Assembly: GCA_021613535.1 (NCBI GenBank)
Contig: CP075495.1
Span: 15,438,001 to 15,502,000 of the forward strand
Direction of reading: 5' to 3'
DNA length: 64,000 bases
DNA from: Adineta vaga
Taxonomy: Eukaryota > Animalia > Rotifera
Both the position numbers and the translations under genes were made by a program. Positions 25,434 to 37,700 of this stretch are shown piece after piece (the first letter of the stretch is position 1; the number at the start of each line of letters is the position of its first letter). The notes beneath the pieces were generated by a model. The model ran no database searches. It was not told where the DNA came from and worked only from the letters and a program-made list of their open reading frames with translations.

Positions 25434-26537
25434 ATGACTTCAACTTTAGTTTCTACATTAGCTTTTGGTCAAATTATTCTTGTTCAATATGTTGAATCAA
25501 TTCTATTTACTTTTGGTGTAATTGGTTCAATTCTTAATATTATACTTTTTTCTCAACGAAAACTTCGTTTAAATTCTTGTTGTATTTGTAAGAAAATCAT
25601 TTATACTTTCATAATTCATATTCATTATATGTTTTCTTTTTTTCTTCTTATTTCCAAAGATTTTTTAGCTTCATCCATAGCAGCATTGATCTTACTTATT
25701 ATCGGTATTATTCCTCAATTATATTCTCTCAATCATTCTCCAAATGCAATATTTAATGGAAATTTTTGTAAAATTCGAGGTTATTTAAGTCAATTAAGTG
25801 CAATGTTATGTCGTTGGTTATTAACAATTGCTTGTATTGATCGTTGTTTATTAACATCAACAAATGTTCGATTACGTCTATTTTCTACTGTTCATCTTGC
25901 ACGAAAAATAATTTTATTATTTTATATTCTTTGGTTAATAATTCCGATTCATATGCTTATTTATACTGATGTTCGAAGAATAGGTTATATTGTTTGTATG
26001 ATGTCTACAGATATAGCTGCTATTTATCATTCGATTTATACAATAATTGTTGGTGGATTATTTCCACCATTGATTATGTTAATTTGTACAAAAATTCTTT
26101 GGAAAAGTTTAGAAATGAAAAGACAACGTCATGAATTAAATCAAAGAGAAAATAAACGAGAAATACGTGATATTCAAATTTTAATTATGTTATTATTACA
26201 AGTTATTATTTATATTCTTTTTACTTTACCTTATATGTCTTTTAATCTTTATATAACATTTACTCGATCAATTATCAATAAATCAAATGATCGTTTAGCA
26301 ATTGAATCATTTATGCAATTATTTACTGAAATGACAATATTTATTTATCCAGCGACAACATTTTATTCAAATACATTAATTTCAAAAACATTTCGAAATG
26401 AATTAAGAATTCTTTTTTGGAAAATTATCACTTGTGGTCGTGAACAACGATCTTATAATCGACAAAGAATTGGTCCAACTACTTTTGCTCCAACAATAAA
26501 TAGACGAAATGTTTTACCTATGGTTGTAGTTAATTGA
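25434..26537 (+). CDS. Rhodopsin-like GPCR with a 72-bp in-frame intron (25588-25659)
   Basis: GSILN and CIDR motifs and seven hydrophobic segments. Splicing gives SCCIYFLA. Confidence 0.88.
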   Translation: MTSTLVSTLAFGQIILVQYVESILFTFGVIGSILNIILFSQRKLRLNSCCICKKIIYTFIIHIHYMFSFFLLISKDFLASSIAALILLIIGIIPQLYSLNHSPNAIFNGNFCKIRGYLSQLSAMLCRWLLTIACIDRCLLTSTNVRLRLFSTVHLARKIILLFYILWLIIPIHMLIYTDVRRIGYIVCMMSTDIAAIYHSIYTIIVGGLFPPLIMLICTKILWKSLEMKRQRHELNQRENKREIRDIQILIMLLLQVIIYILFTLPYMSFNLYITFTRSIINKSNDRLAIESFMQLFTEMTIFIYPATTFYSNTLISKTFRNELRILFWKIITCGREQRSYNRQRIGPTTFAPTINRRNVLPMVVVN

Positions 26538-26568
26538 CATGTTGCTTCCAAATAATTATAAAATAAAA

Positions 26569-26607
26569 TTGAAGGTGTGGGTGAAGACTGAACACCCACA
26601 CCCTCAA
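26569..26607. repeat. GC-rich hairpin between convergent genes
   Basis: ttgaaggtgtgggtg-aagactgaa-cacccacaccctcaa forms a 15-bp stem with 1 mismatch. Confidence 0.7.
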
Positions 26608-26728
26608 GACTAGAGGAATTTTATTATTATGAATTTAAAACTATTTGTCTTAGAAGAATAAGAACGACACATAACGTTTCTAATGAGATAAGCTGTGATA
26701 AACAGTGAACAAAACTAAGTCCTATTGA

Positions 26729-27654
26729 TTAATAATCATCATCCGAATCTAAATCAACATAATTATTTCGACGACATAATCCACAATTAGGATGACAATT
26801 GCCATTTTCATGTTCAAATCTTCTTCGTTTAAAACATTGTCGACTGATATGACCAGGTTTACCACAAAAATAGCAAACTAAAAAAAAGAAGACAAATAGG
26901 TCGAACTTTTTTATCGAATAAATTCTATTTACGACGAATATCATCATTCATTTCAGATTCCATACGTTTAATTCCAACTAAAAAGAAAAAATTAGATTAC
27001 AACGAGAGAATTTCAATTGATAAACCTCGATTATCGTTTGAAACAGTATTAGAAACCTTCGATGAATCAACAACACCATTAGAATCTAAAGTAAATATAT
27101 ATTTACTAGTTCAAATCATTTTCTGTTTATTCACCTGATGTTACAACAACTGAAATACTATTGATAAGTATTGCTGGATTTTTTTGAAGAACAATATTTG
27201 ATAAATTATCGAATTTTATTGATAATTTTCCTAAACCTTCGTTCCATTGTCGAAGATCTGTTTCATAAAAATCATTTTCTTTTCGATATTGTCGTAATTC
27301 AGTACTAATCTTATTCATATCAACTTCAATTTGTTTGAGATTATCAATTGTATATTTAACTATAGCTTGTTTAATTGCTTCTGCTTTTTGTTGAATTATT
27401 TTGATTGATTCATTTTCCCAATCATTAATTTTTTTGATTAAAACATGATTTTGTAGATTAGCTTTTTCATCAATGATTTTTTGTTGAAAAACATTATACT
27501 TTGTTTCGATATGTTCAAGATGTTGACTTAATTCTTGTCGATGATCTGTTGAATGATTAAAATAATATTCTTTTAAACATCCACCACATCTTAATGTCGC
27601 TTTTTCTTTATTACACACTACACAGCGATTTCGACCAGGTGCTACTGTTGCCAT
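26729..27654 (-). CDS. Zn-finger/B-box-like + coiled-coil + CCHC zinc-knuckle protein, 4 exons, 257 aa
   Basis: Exons 27654-27135, 27085-27026, 26977-26933 and 26877-26729 join in frame. CxxC...CxxC...H..H at the N-terminus, a helical middle, and a CYFCGKPGHISRQC knuckle. Confidence 0.75.
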
Positions 27655-28747
27655 CAAAATTCGATTTATAAACAAACAAATTCACTTTAGAAGAAAATTA
27701 GTCATAGAATAAAGTTAATGAGAAACTGACGGATAAATATTGGACTATTTATCTGATTGGTTTATATAATTAATTTAGTTCTATCCACCAAAAAGATGTT
27801 TTCTTATATACAGAGACAATGAAAACTATCTATACACCTTTATTGATTAAATATATGATTGAATATAATAATTAGAGTTAACGTGTTTTATTACACCTAG
27901 TATCCTCTGTATATGTTAATCGTCAGCATTGATATAGATACAATTTCACATTGGTTACACTATCACATAGAAGGAAAGATTTTTCGTAATAAAATGTCCT
28001 GGAATTGACATTTGTTAGAAGAAGAATGAAATCTTAAGATTTCATAGAGGAATAATTTAAATAGTTTCTATTTGTTTATCAAATAAATCAATCGTAAAAA
28101 TATAAAACTTCTATTTTAATAGAAATAGAAACAAATATATATATATATAAATGATTGTTATGATACTGAAAATTAGAATAGATTTGATATTAACAAAAAT
28201 TTTATGTACTACAACACAAGAAATGATGTAGTTAAGTATGATTAGAAAAAACACCGAAAGAATTTTATAGAATAACGAAGAAAACACCAATTTCTTGAAC
28301 AAAAGACCTATGTATAGACTCAAGACATTCATAACGGGTATTATCACTCGAGTTTTCCCACATATTCCAAATAAGGTTTTGATTTTATACCATAAATATT
28401 CAAATCGTGGTCGTTTTTCATAATTCGACGAAATTATATCCGATGACTAAAACGAATAAGAAAATAATCTAGCGCCTTCTACTTTAATTTCATTTTGATT
28501 GGTTTATATTCTAATCCATCCCTAAATTTGCCTTGTCAAAAATCTTTTTTTCAACAATATACTGATTGACTTGACATACCTGTAGAAACAAAACCCTTCT
28601 AATTTATTCATGACGATTGTGCGTACGTACGATAAGTTAAAACGTAATATAAATACAGTAATGATGATATTTATGATTTCGTTTGTTATACACCTAATAA
28701 CAAAATGCAATTATCGTTTTGCTTTTGATTTCTAATATGTTCTTTCA

Positions 28748-29812
28748 ATGTTTTTTATCATTGTTTTCGTTATCTGCATATATACTTTATCAATTGATGT
28801 AAATGCTTCTAATTGTGATCCTTCGATCAGTTATCCTCCATTAAATCGACCTGGTCCATCTTATACAATTCCACGAAAGAATTTCTCTGAATATTTGATA
28901 TGTTATCCCGGAAAAAATCATCGAAAACGATGGATTTTATTTTTACCAGGTACAACAGAAGAAGTTAAAGAATTATACAGTTGGAATTGGATGAGAATTA
29001 TGGAGAAGACACAATGGCCATTTTGTACATTACAATTACCAAATAAAGGTTTAGGTGATTTACAAATAGCTGCAGAACATATAGTTTATGCAGTACGAAA
29101 AATGTATCGAAAGGCTATGCGTGAGAAAGAGAAAGGTATTCGTTATAAGACAAGAATTCATATCATTGGTCATTCACTTGGTGGTTCACTTCCTCGTTTT
29201 GCAATTCGATTTTGGCCAGATATACGATCAATGATTTATCAATTAATTGCTTTTGGAGCAACAAATCATGGAACATCAATGGCAAATACAGCATGTGAGA
29301 CTTTTCGTTGTCCAGTTTCTGTAACTCAACAACGAATTAATTCGTCATTTGTTTGTGCTATGAATTCATATCAAGAAACGTTTTCTTCAATAAAATATTT
29401 AAATATTCTTTCAAAATTTGATGAAATTGTTCGACCTGTGAATAGTAGTGAAATATATGGAAAACATGTAACAAATATTTATATTCAAGATATTTGTCCA
29501 TTACGAATCTTTTCGGAACATCTTGGCGCAGGAATTTATGATTATTGTGGTTATTTTCTAACAATGAATGCATTACATTCTCGATCATTAAAAAATATTT
29601 CAACAGAAGAATGTTGTGCACAAAAATTAATGCCCGGTATTAATGCATCAACAATAGAATTCTTTTCTAAAGTTATCTATTCAGCTGAAGAACATACAAG
29701 ATATTTACTTATGCATTTTGGTGAAATTAAAAATGAACCAGAATTAAAATGTTCATTTCGAACTGATTGTATTCAAAGAAAACGAAGAGTTGAGCAAACG
29801 ATATTAAGATAA
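28748..29812 (+). CDS. Secreted CalB-like lipase (alpha/beta hydrolase), intronless
   Basis: Signal peptide, LPGT oxyanion region, GDLQIAAE, GHSLGG nucleophile, FWP, DEIV and QDICP...EH. Confidence 0.85.
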   Translation: MFFIIVFVICIYTLSIDVNASNCDPSISYPPLNRPGPSYTIPRKNFSEYLICYPGKNHRKRWILFLPGTTEEVKELYSWNWMRIMEKTQWPFCTLQLPNKGLGDLQIAAEHIVYAVRKMYRKAMREKEKGIRYKTRIHIIGHSLGGSLPRFAIRFWPDIRSMIYQLIAFGATNHGTSMANTACETFRCPVSVTQQRINSSFVCAMNSYQETFSSIKYLNILSKFDEIVRPVNSSEIYGKHVTNIYIQDICPLRIFSEHLGAGIYDYCGYFLTMNALHSRSLKNISTEECCAQKLMPGINASTIEFFSKVIYSAEEHTRYLLMHFGEIKNEPELKCSFRTDCIQRKRRVEQTILR

Positions 29813-30057
29813 TCGATATGAATGAGAATAGTTCTATTTTTATTATCATAATGAATTATAATCCAAAGATATGCACAGGTACATACTTGTGTATAGGTTA
29901 TATCTATGAATAAGAAATACTAATTTTTTATAAATACTTTTTCAAAACAAGCATCTTTATTTGAACGCGAATTAGACAGCTAGTCTGTGCTAGTGTAAAA
30001 GCAAGAATAAAGATGAGCAACAAGTAATAAATGTCCAATAATTGATTGATCAGATTC

Positions 30058-31170
30058 TTACAGCTTCATAATATAGAGCAAAGCAATAAATGGTGGCGTT
30101 GTGTCGATCGAAGTTATAGAAGCTGCGTGTGTATGCGGTTGGCTGCCACCTTCTGCTGCGATCGTATGAGTATGCTGACAACCACCACAACTATTGTAAT
30201 TTTTGGTATTGACCCATCTAGGTGGAGCAGTATTTAGAGGGGCTAAGATAGAAATGAATCTCAGAGAATCATTCCGATCTTTCAACCAATTCAGACTTAC
30301 TTGCACTGTTAGGAGAACAATTCACATCGTAATATATTGCGCCCATATCCTCAATACCTGTACTGCCGCCGTGCGAGTGTGAAGGAATTTGCCCTATATT
30401 AAGTGTAGTGTCAGATATTGTGACAGTTGGCGTCTTAGTTGAAGAACCACCCACCTGTGTTGGTGAGTATTGAGCGCCAGTTCCTCAAAAATCAAATGAA
30501 ACAAAAATCAAAATGTGTTCGTCATATTATGCATACCAGATCCTATTATGAATCGATTGCGCAAATCCGGTGTACCCTGCGTACCATCACAAACAGCCCA
30601 ACCCAAAGGCACCGTTGCGAGCGATCCACTCCTAATTTGTTTTTAAGTAGTTGTCTAATTCAACGATGAAAATGCTTGCAACTTACCATAACATGATAAC
30701 ACCCGTTGGAACAAGTGGTAGTGCTATAAAACAAGAAACATCGAAAGATGTTGAATTCTGTTTACGAATTCATAAACACTTGAGAAAAGAAGTACTTACT
30801 CGTTGTTGATGTCTGAGAAGTGGTGGAAGTAGTATCAGTTGTTGTTGATGTAGTTGATGTCGAAGTAGAAGTAGTTGTTGTCGTTGTAGTTGTAGTTGCT
30901 AAAAATTACATTGCAATATATTTAACTGGTTCTTTTCTCAATTGCAAAAACAATATTGTATGAAATCTAAGTATACTTACTTGGCTCTGGTTTAATGTAC
31001 AAGGTAAGTAAAATACCTAATGCAGTACCACTCAATAGTGTACCAATAAGCATCCATGTGAAAAACCAACAGCAATTGGTGTGCAATAGTTTATCAGACG
31101 TAAATTGAGGCTCTCTTCGTTCTTCAGCACTTGATTTTTGAGAAGTTGAGGAGAAATAAGTTGCTTCCAT
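30058..31170 (-). CDS. Type II membrane protein: TM + Thr/Ser stalk + phage tail-collar/tail-fibre domain, 6 exons, 262 aa
   Basis: Exons 31170-30981, 30898-30800, 30723-30687, 30631-30537, 30483-30301 and 30242-30058 join in frame (789 nt). The C-terminal part reads VPTGVIMLWSG..VPLGWAVCDGTQGTPDLRNRFIIG...QIPSHSH...HTH..GGSQPHTH...PPFIALLYIMKL. Confidence 0.85.
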
Positions 31171-31579
31171 CGTCTTGATTTGACACGAAATATAGGTACT
31201 GTAAATTCGAAAATGACCAGCTCAAATTTATTTGATGAAACATTACAACCTTCTATTCAAAAAAAGATTTCAATTTCGATAAAATTGCAAATTTCATAAT
31301 AGCATTTCTAGGCTTCATTTTCTTTATTCAGTTTTATTAATTCCGTCTCATTTTTTCTTACTCAGGAAGTTTTCAATAATAAAAGTACATTCAAATAACG
31401 TCGAAAGATTTAAAATTGAATTCTCTCGAATATTCAGCAACAATCTCGATATGATCGTATTATCAAATGTTGGATTTCTATTAAATTAATCAACAATACA
31501 AGAAAACAAAACGAGACATATTTAATAAACAAAGAAAAAACATATAAAAAAATATTTTAATCATCATCATCATCATTAA

Positions 31580-32781
31580 TTATTGTTCAAAATATTGTTG
31601 ACGAGCTTTATAATCAAGTTTCAACCATTTTGTCAAAAGAATTATTTTTATAATTTCGATAAATATAATTATTAATTGCATCGGATAATGCATCACCTAA
31701 TGATTGACGATATAAATCATTTGTTGTTAAACGATGAAGTTGTCTTAATGCACGTAATGATAATTTTTCATTCGATGTATTAAAAACTAATGAAGCTAAA
31801 ATATTATTGATAAAAAATGAAAATTCCTAAATGATAAAAATATTATTTTTGATAAAGAAGTCTTTTTCTCTTGATTTACATATGCTGTTACATCTTCGGA
31901 AGCATTTTCTTCAAGATCATAATCACGTTGATCATAAGACGATTTTCTTTGTTCATAAGCTTTTAAACGTAATGATCCAACATCAGGCATTTCATTTAAA
32001 ATCAGATCTTCGAATATTGGATCAGACATGATGATTTTCTGAAAATATTAATGGAAAATTATCAAAGAGAGAGAGAGAGAGAGAGAGAAAATCTTACTTC
32101 AACATGATAAAAATTATTAAATCGTACAGCTAATTGATGTAATCGTAAACCAAGATCACCATGATCGATATTCATTAATTTTTTATCTTTTGTATTTTCA
32201 AAATAAGATCGTAATATATATCGAATTTGATAAAGTATTGATGGCATTTCGAACCATAATGTTCCACTTAAAATAAAAAATGAAATTAGAAATTATTTAT
32301 CAAATTTTTACTTATTAATAATTTGTTCAAGATTTTTTAAACTTTTCTTTGCTGTTGCAATAGATTTTCGCCATTTTTTCATACATTTTTCTTTCTTTTC
32401 AATTAACATTTTCAAATCAACATAATCATTTATATTTTGATGTTGTTCATCAATTGCTTCTTTGATCAATGCTTTTGATTGATCAAGAAATCCTAAATGA
32501 TATGCACAAATAGATGATCGATAAAATCCTTTGAAATTTTCATTTCTTTGTAATTTTAATGATTGTTTTGCGTCTTCATAACCACAATAGAAATCTTTAT
32601 CTTGAATATAAGCAGCTGAACGATTTGAATATAATAAATATAATGGAACTTGATCTTGTTCTTGTAAATTTGTTTCAATAAGTTGAATAGCTTGAGAATA
32701 AGATTGAATAGCTAATGATGATTCTTGTTTAGAATAATATTCATTTCCTTGATTTTTATAATCTAATATTGTTAAAGACAT
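31580..32781 (-). CDS. TPR-repeat protein, about 4 exons
   Basis: KNQGNEYY, AIQSYSQAI, LYSNRSAAY and KGFYR are TPR motifs. Further exons continue to a stop at 31580. Confidence 0.8.
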
Positions 32782-33268
32782 TTTCAATTGATATTATCAA
32801 TTTTCTTAAATCTATTATTATAAATAACGGTTCTGTCTGTGAACAGAATTTGAATTAATAGACAGAAGAGAAGAGAATACAAAGAACGATTGAAATATAT
32901 GTAAGAAATAAATCTATCTCTATAGTAGATATCGCTATAGTTCATTAATCGATTTTTCTATTAAAAATGAATAGGATTATATCAAGAATTCAATCATAAA
33001 AGAATCAATTCATTTTCTCTTCTCATATAGAATATGATTTTGTTGTGTTATTAGAAAAATCGTCGATAAGATTGTCGAAATTTTGTATTTTCAACTTTCA
33101 TCATGATAAAACAATTTTCTTTATGAAAGAACATATTTTTTCTTACGTATAGATATGATAGAGAAGGTAGATATATAGTTTTATCTTTTTTTTTAATATA
33201 AGTTTCATTTGTAATTGTTTTTACATTACAAAATCTTTATTTCTATTTTGAGTTATTGTTTATTCAAT

Positions 33269-34573
33269 ATGAAACTTCTTTTCATTTATATTTGTAAGTT
33301 AGAATTCTTATTGTTAATGAAAATTCTTTTCTTTTGCGTTTTCAAGTTTATATTCAGTATTATTGGTTAGTTGTGTCATCGATTCAAATAAGTCCTTGTG
33401 CAAAATGGAATCAAACAGGAAAAACAGTGGCTGGTACAGGGATTGATGGTTCATCTTCAAGTCAACTTAATTGGCCTCATGGAATCTTTATACATAAACA
33501 AACAAATTCTTTATATGTTGCTGATTCAGAAAATAATCGTGTACAAATATTTCAATTAAATAATCAATCAATGATTGGTGTAACTGGCGCTTTCAATGTA
33601 TCTGATCCAACGAATGTTTATGTCGATGACGATGAGAAAGACGGATCAATTTTATATGTTGCGATGGAAGGAAGTAATCGAATAGAAAAATGGACTAAGG
33701 GCGCAACTGTTGGTGTACAAGTAGGTGGAGAATGTCGTGATTGTTCAGGTGTATGGTTAGATAAACAGAAAAATATTTATGCTGCAGAAGCAGTGCGATT
33801 TCGTGTAGTTAAATGGTCATCAAATACACAAGTGGAAACAATTGTTGCTGGAAAAACAGATCAATATGGAGATACTGATGATCTTTTAAATGTTTTAGGT
33901 GGTATTTATGTTCATTCAACTGATGGAATAGTTTATGTCGCAGATAGACTTAATAATCGAATTCAAAAATGGACTAAAGATGCAACACGTGGTATTACAG
34001 TGGCTGGTAATGGTATTGCTAATGATACTGCTCAATCACTTAATAATCCATTTGGTGTTTTTGTTGATGATGAAACTGAAGTTATTTATGTTGTTGATTC
34101 ATTTAATGAACGAATTCAACGTTGGCTTCCTGATGCTCTTCAAGGTGAAACTATTATTGATGGTTCTGGTAAATTTTATTTTATGAAATTCTTTATTTTA
34201 TTTATATTTTCATAAAGATTCTACTGATCAATCTAATCAATTAAAAGGTCCAACTGGAATGGCATTTGATAGCGATGGTAATCTTTATATTAGTGATTCA
34301 CTTAATCATCGAATTCAAAAATATGTCTTATTGAATAATTCACCATGTTCATCAACATCAGCAGCAACAGGTAATTTAAATGATTATCACTTCATATATC
34401 TTTTCTTCATTTCTTATAGTATTCTTTTCTACATTACAGTAAGTTTTAAAACAAAAGAATTGATTATATATATCTCTCATTTAATATTATAGATTAAAAA
34501 TAATTCTTTTATTAACATTATGGTTTTGGGTTTAAATATCAAAATAATTTATTCATATTTCTTTTCTAAATAA
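33269..34573 (+). CDS. Secreted or surface NHL-repeat beta-propeller protein, about 5 exons
   Basis: Signal-peptide exon, repeated LYVADSENNRVQ / VYVADRLNNRIQKW / LYISDSLNHRIQK units, and a hydrophobic C-terminus. The last exon boundaries are approximate. Confidence 0.85.
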
Positions 34574-34859
34574 ACATTATATTTTATTTAATCGTATTAT
34601 CTAAAAGACTTTTACATAAAATTTCTTTTTTTTTCTAAAATAAATCTAAAGGTAAATAAATCTATATGTTATAAGATGAATTATTGAGTAAAACTTAGTT
34701 ACGTATGAGTGAATCGATAATATATAAATATAAATATATTTATACAACAAACAAAAGAAATACATTTATTTTCATTGACGTCTTTCTTTTTTGGTTACAT
34801 AAATTATCTCAAGGTAAATACAATACAAATATTATTTTTATCTAAACACATTGTTATAG

Positions 34860-36702
34860 ATGGGCGAATCAAATGTTAATCAATTGAAACAAACTTCAAA
34901 TGAAGAAAATGCGTCATTATTTATTCTTGAAAGTTATTCTCTTGATGAAAATCAAATTTCTTATCAATTAGAAGCACCATTATGTATATCAGAAATTTAT
35001 GAAAATGAATTTTATCATTATGTATGTTTATTTAGTCTTTTTTTTCTATACTTGTTCACTTTTAGAATTGTTAGTTTCATTTAAATTATTCTGGTATACT
35101 TGATAATGATGAGATGTTTTTAGCATCAATACGAGCAATTCCAATGAAACAAAATGAATTGAAAGACAATGATAATGATTATAATTATGTAATTCGAGCA
35201 ATTATTCGGTATGTTTAATTTTTGAAGGAAAAATTGAAAATATGTTTTTTTTCTCTGAAGAACGAAAAATAAGAATTATAATATAACAGATATGATCAAT
35301 ATTAAAAATGAAGAATTTCTTTTAAGAAATTTATTTAAAAAAAGCGAATTATCATCAATTCGTCAATATGAAATTATTCATCATATTTATGTAAAAGATT
35401 TTCTATTAACTTTCTTTAATGAGAAATTTTCTTTTCTATATCTATAGGCCAATGAAAAACTTCTTGAATTTGATAAATATAATGATGAACAATATTCTAC
35501 TAAGATTGCTGTGATATTTCAACGTTTAAATCAAGAAAATGAAAAAGAAATTTTTAATAATAATGATTTAACAAATGAAATGGAAAATTTTCTTAATTTA
35601 ATTAGTAATCGAATTGAATTAAAACAATTTTCAAAATATCGTGGTGATCTTGATATAAAAAATGATGAACATGGAATTTATTCTTATTTTACAATTTATC
35701 AAACTCATCAAATAATGTTTAATGTTGCACCAATAATTCCATTAGATAAAGAATTTATTCAAAGAAAAGGTTTAATTGGAAATGCATTAATATGTATTGT
35801 TTTTCAAGAAGAAAATTCAATATTTCAACCTGATTTTATTCTTGGAAAAGTAACACAAGTTTATATAACTGTTCAACCAATTCATTTTAAATCTCAACTT
35901 TATTATAAAGTTAAAAATTTTCAATTTTTTAAAATTAAATCTTTTATTTTATTTATTTAGATTGATATTTGGCGTCGTAATGATATTGAATCAATTACTA
36001 ATCCATCTGGTGGAATAATAAAAGTTGATGAATCATTTCGAGATTATTTTTTAATTTTAATTTTAAATACAATGAATATAATCTTGAAAAAAGAATGTTT
36101 TCATAAACTTATAACTGATCAAAGAGAACGTTTAAAATTAGAATTTATTCAAAAACTTTTTCAAATCTTTTCTTTATATTCAAAAGAAATTTTATCAAAT
36201 GAAATTGATCAATTATCTCCAACACAACAAATACATCATCATCATCATATAGGTTTAATACCAAAAATTCTCGAAGCATTTTCCACTACACGTGAAAAAC
36301 CAACGAATGAATTAATAAAAAAACATTCACAAACAATCATCAAAACAAATCCATGGATTATTAATTATCAAAAAATTAAACATTCTTTATTAACTGTAAA
36401 TTCATTTCATTTAAATTTGATGAATCTTTTTTTGTTTTTTATTTCAGAATACAAATAATTCAATAAAATCAGATATTATCGATGATTCTCAACAAATATC
36501 TCCAAGTATTCAACGATCAATATCAAATGAAACAGTTGCAAATTTAGTATTAAATAATGAAAAGTAAATATTTAGTTTATTCACAATGTTTCTTTTGGAA
36601 ATTATTTTTCTTTATAGACGATCATCAAGTAGTTTAGAATTAAGTACAGATGATCATAATCATTTAAATTTATTATCAACAAATAATCATAAACAAGAAT
36701 AA
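34860..36702 (+). CDS. RapGAP-domain protein, multi-exon
   Basis: KYRGDLD, IMFNVA and QRKGLIGNALICIVFQE match the Rap1GAP catalytic region. Confidence 0.8.
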
Positions 36703-36779
36703 CTTTGTTAATTTTTAATCTGGCATTTTCAATTGTTATTAACACAAATATTTTTTCAATTAACTAAATCAAATAAAAG

Positions 36780-37700
36780 ATGAATTCATCCATATCAATA
36801 CTGTAGATTGATAAAATATCGAAATTTAAGAACTTTTCCATTGAAATCTTTCATTTAATATTTGAAAATTTGTGAAATAATTTCTTTTTTTCTTCTCGTA
36901 TATCTAAACGAATGAATATATTCTTAATGAATTACTTCAACAAATTCCAATAGAAAATATTTTTTCAATTATAAATTCATTTTAGACAAATGAAAAACAT
37001 TGTTTTATTCGATGTGATTTAATAAAAGATGTTTCACAAATTCGACTTTATATTCAAATCATAATGAAAACAAGTAATGCTCGTCGTGTCAACTCACTTA
37101 ATCCTCCACTGTGAAGGACAGGTATTTTTAGCTTGTCACATTTTATTATGTTGAAATATGTATTCACTTTTTTTGTGAAATCAATTTCACCCAATCTTCA
37201 AGGTCCCTACTCTCCAAAGATGATGATTTCAAACTAGCCTTCAATGATATTTTTTTGACCTTTGACCTTTAACCCTGACATAAACAAACTGTTTTTTTTT
37301 CATAAGATTCTCTCTCAGTCGAAGGAACAAATTAACGAATTAAAATTAGAATTTAGATAATCTATCGTAAATTGATCAAATATCTTTAAATATTTATTTT
37401 GATAATGACTTTTGTGAAAATATAATTGATTCTTTAAATAATTTCTATGAAAATCTTTCAAATCTTCATACAATTCATAATTCTAATCAAACATTAAATA
37501 CAGAATTATTTATTTATTTAATTGTTCCTTTTAGTATTAAATATTTACAAATGAAAATTCTTCTTACTTATCTTCAGCATTTATCAAGTATTGCATTTTA
37601 TTTTCCACGAAATATTATTAAATGGTTTGAACAGAAAAATCTTTCCTTTATTTTTACATTATGGTTTAATCATTCAACATACATCGATTAAAGAAATATA
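36780..37700 (+). pseudogene. Degenerate F-box-like gene remnant, interrupted by a repeat near 37070-37300
   Basis: SKFKNFSIEIFHLIFENL* resembles the F-box starts elsewhere in the window. There are multiple stops, and the insert carries tgacctttgacctt. Confidence 0.4.

Noticed and set aside
7705-27654. NYN + ERI exonuclease + CCHC protein as one RNA-defence system
   Set aside because: The genes are spread over 20 kb with unrelated genes between them, so there is no evidence of linkage.
30058-30700. Prophage or viral insertion suggested by the tail-collar domain
   Set aside because: There are no other viral genes nearby, and the domain is split by introns and fused to host-type exons.
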